Shown here one piece after another: positions 36,732 to 37,145 of a stretch of 37,145 bases of DNA. The translations under genes were made by a program, and so were the position numbers. Every line of letters begins with the position of its first letter. Position 1 is the stretch's first letter. Source of the DNA: Perkinsus chesapeaki ATCC PRA-425 (Eukaryota > Protista > Perkinsozoa); the NCBI GenBank assembly GCA_013115145.1, contig JAAPAO010000351.1, forward strand, positions 1 through 37,145, given 5' to 3'. The notes beneath the pieces were generated by a model, which was given only the letters and a program-made list of their open reading frames with translations, was not told where the DNA came from and did not search any database.

Positions 36732-37145
36732 CCATTGGGCGTTATTGTTACAAGTGGTAGTCTAGATAATACCGCACCGACCTGCGCTCGAAAGAATGAG
36801 AGAAGTAAACCTGTCTCTCCTTGGTTATAAGGGTTCTTATGAGAACTGCTCATAATAGGATTAGGCTCTGGTGTGTCCACATTACTGCCCACATGCCCAG
36901 TGGGCGTTGGATGACCGCTCCATGTGGATTAAACTATTTCGTAAAACTGATACGAATGAGACTCTTGATAACCGCTACGTGAGCTGCTGCCTTTACTGTT
37001 TGCGAACCTAGGGCTGTTTCGTATTCGAAATCCCCCCATGTTGAGGAGGCAATGCCAATTTAGTGTGAAATAGTAAATCGCTATCTTTTCGGGAGAGTGG
37101 GAAGAGGGCGAAGGTGTTGACCGACAGCCGGATGGCGGCATGTCT
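36662..37145 (-). CDS. Possible 3' exons of an unidentified minus-strand gene entering from the right edge
   Basis: Short ORFs 36929-37141 and 36662-36892 with plausible splice sites; no recognisable motif. Confidence 0.25.

Overview
Gene-dense, intron-rich eukaryotic DNA with many 28-56 nt introns (GT-AG, some GC-AG) and one N-gap. It is most likely from a perkinsid alveolate (Perkinsus-like); this is an inference from intron style and a dinoflagellate-type 'xNTF...RSxP' plus Cys/His zinc-finger gene. Recognisable genes: a partial secreted protein (-), a divergent eIF5B (+), an intronless gamma-glutamyl hydrolase (-), a very large Cys/beta-rich putative surface protein locus of about 16 kb (-), tryptophan 2,3-dioxygenase (+), CCDC61/VFL3 (+), a C3H1-like protein (+) and an FBXW5-like F-box/WD40 gene (+). 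There are also three minisatellites. The standout signal is that ten short spliceosomal introns (43-56 nt) in four unrelated genes each contain the 3' end of a tRNA gene. The spacing is canonical: 5-nt T-stem, TTCGANN loop, C61 plus 4 nt, 7-nt acceptor strand, purine discriminator, often followed directly by a TTTT Pol III-type terminator, and no CCA. Five are sense and five antisense to the host gene, all differ in sequence, and many have mismatched T-stems that look chimeric. In some cases the tRNA sequence itself supplies the splice signals. This suggests a possibly undescribed route of intron gain from tRNA-gene fragments, or an intronic TFIIIC/B-box system. All exon structures were inferred by hand from splice motifs and reading-frame or homology continuity, not from transcripts.
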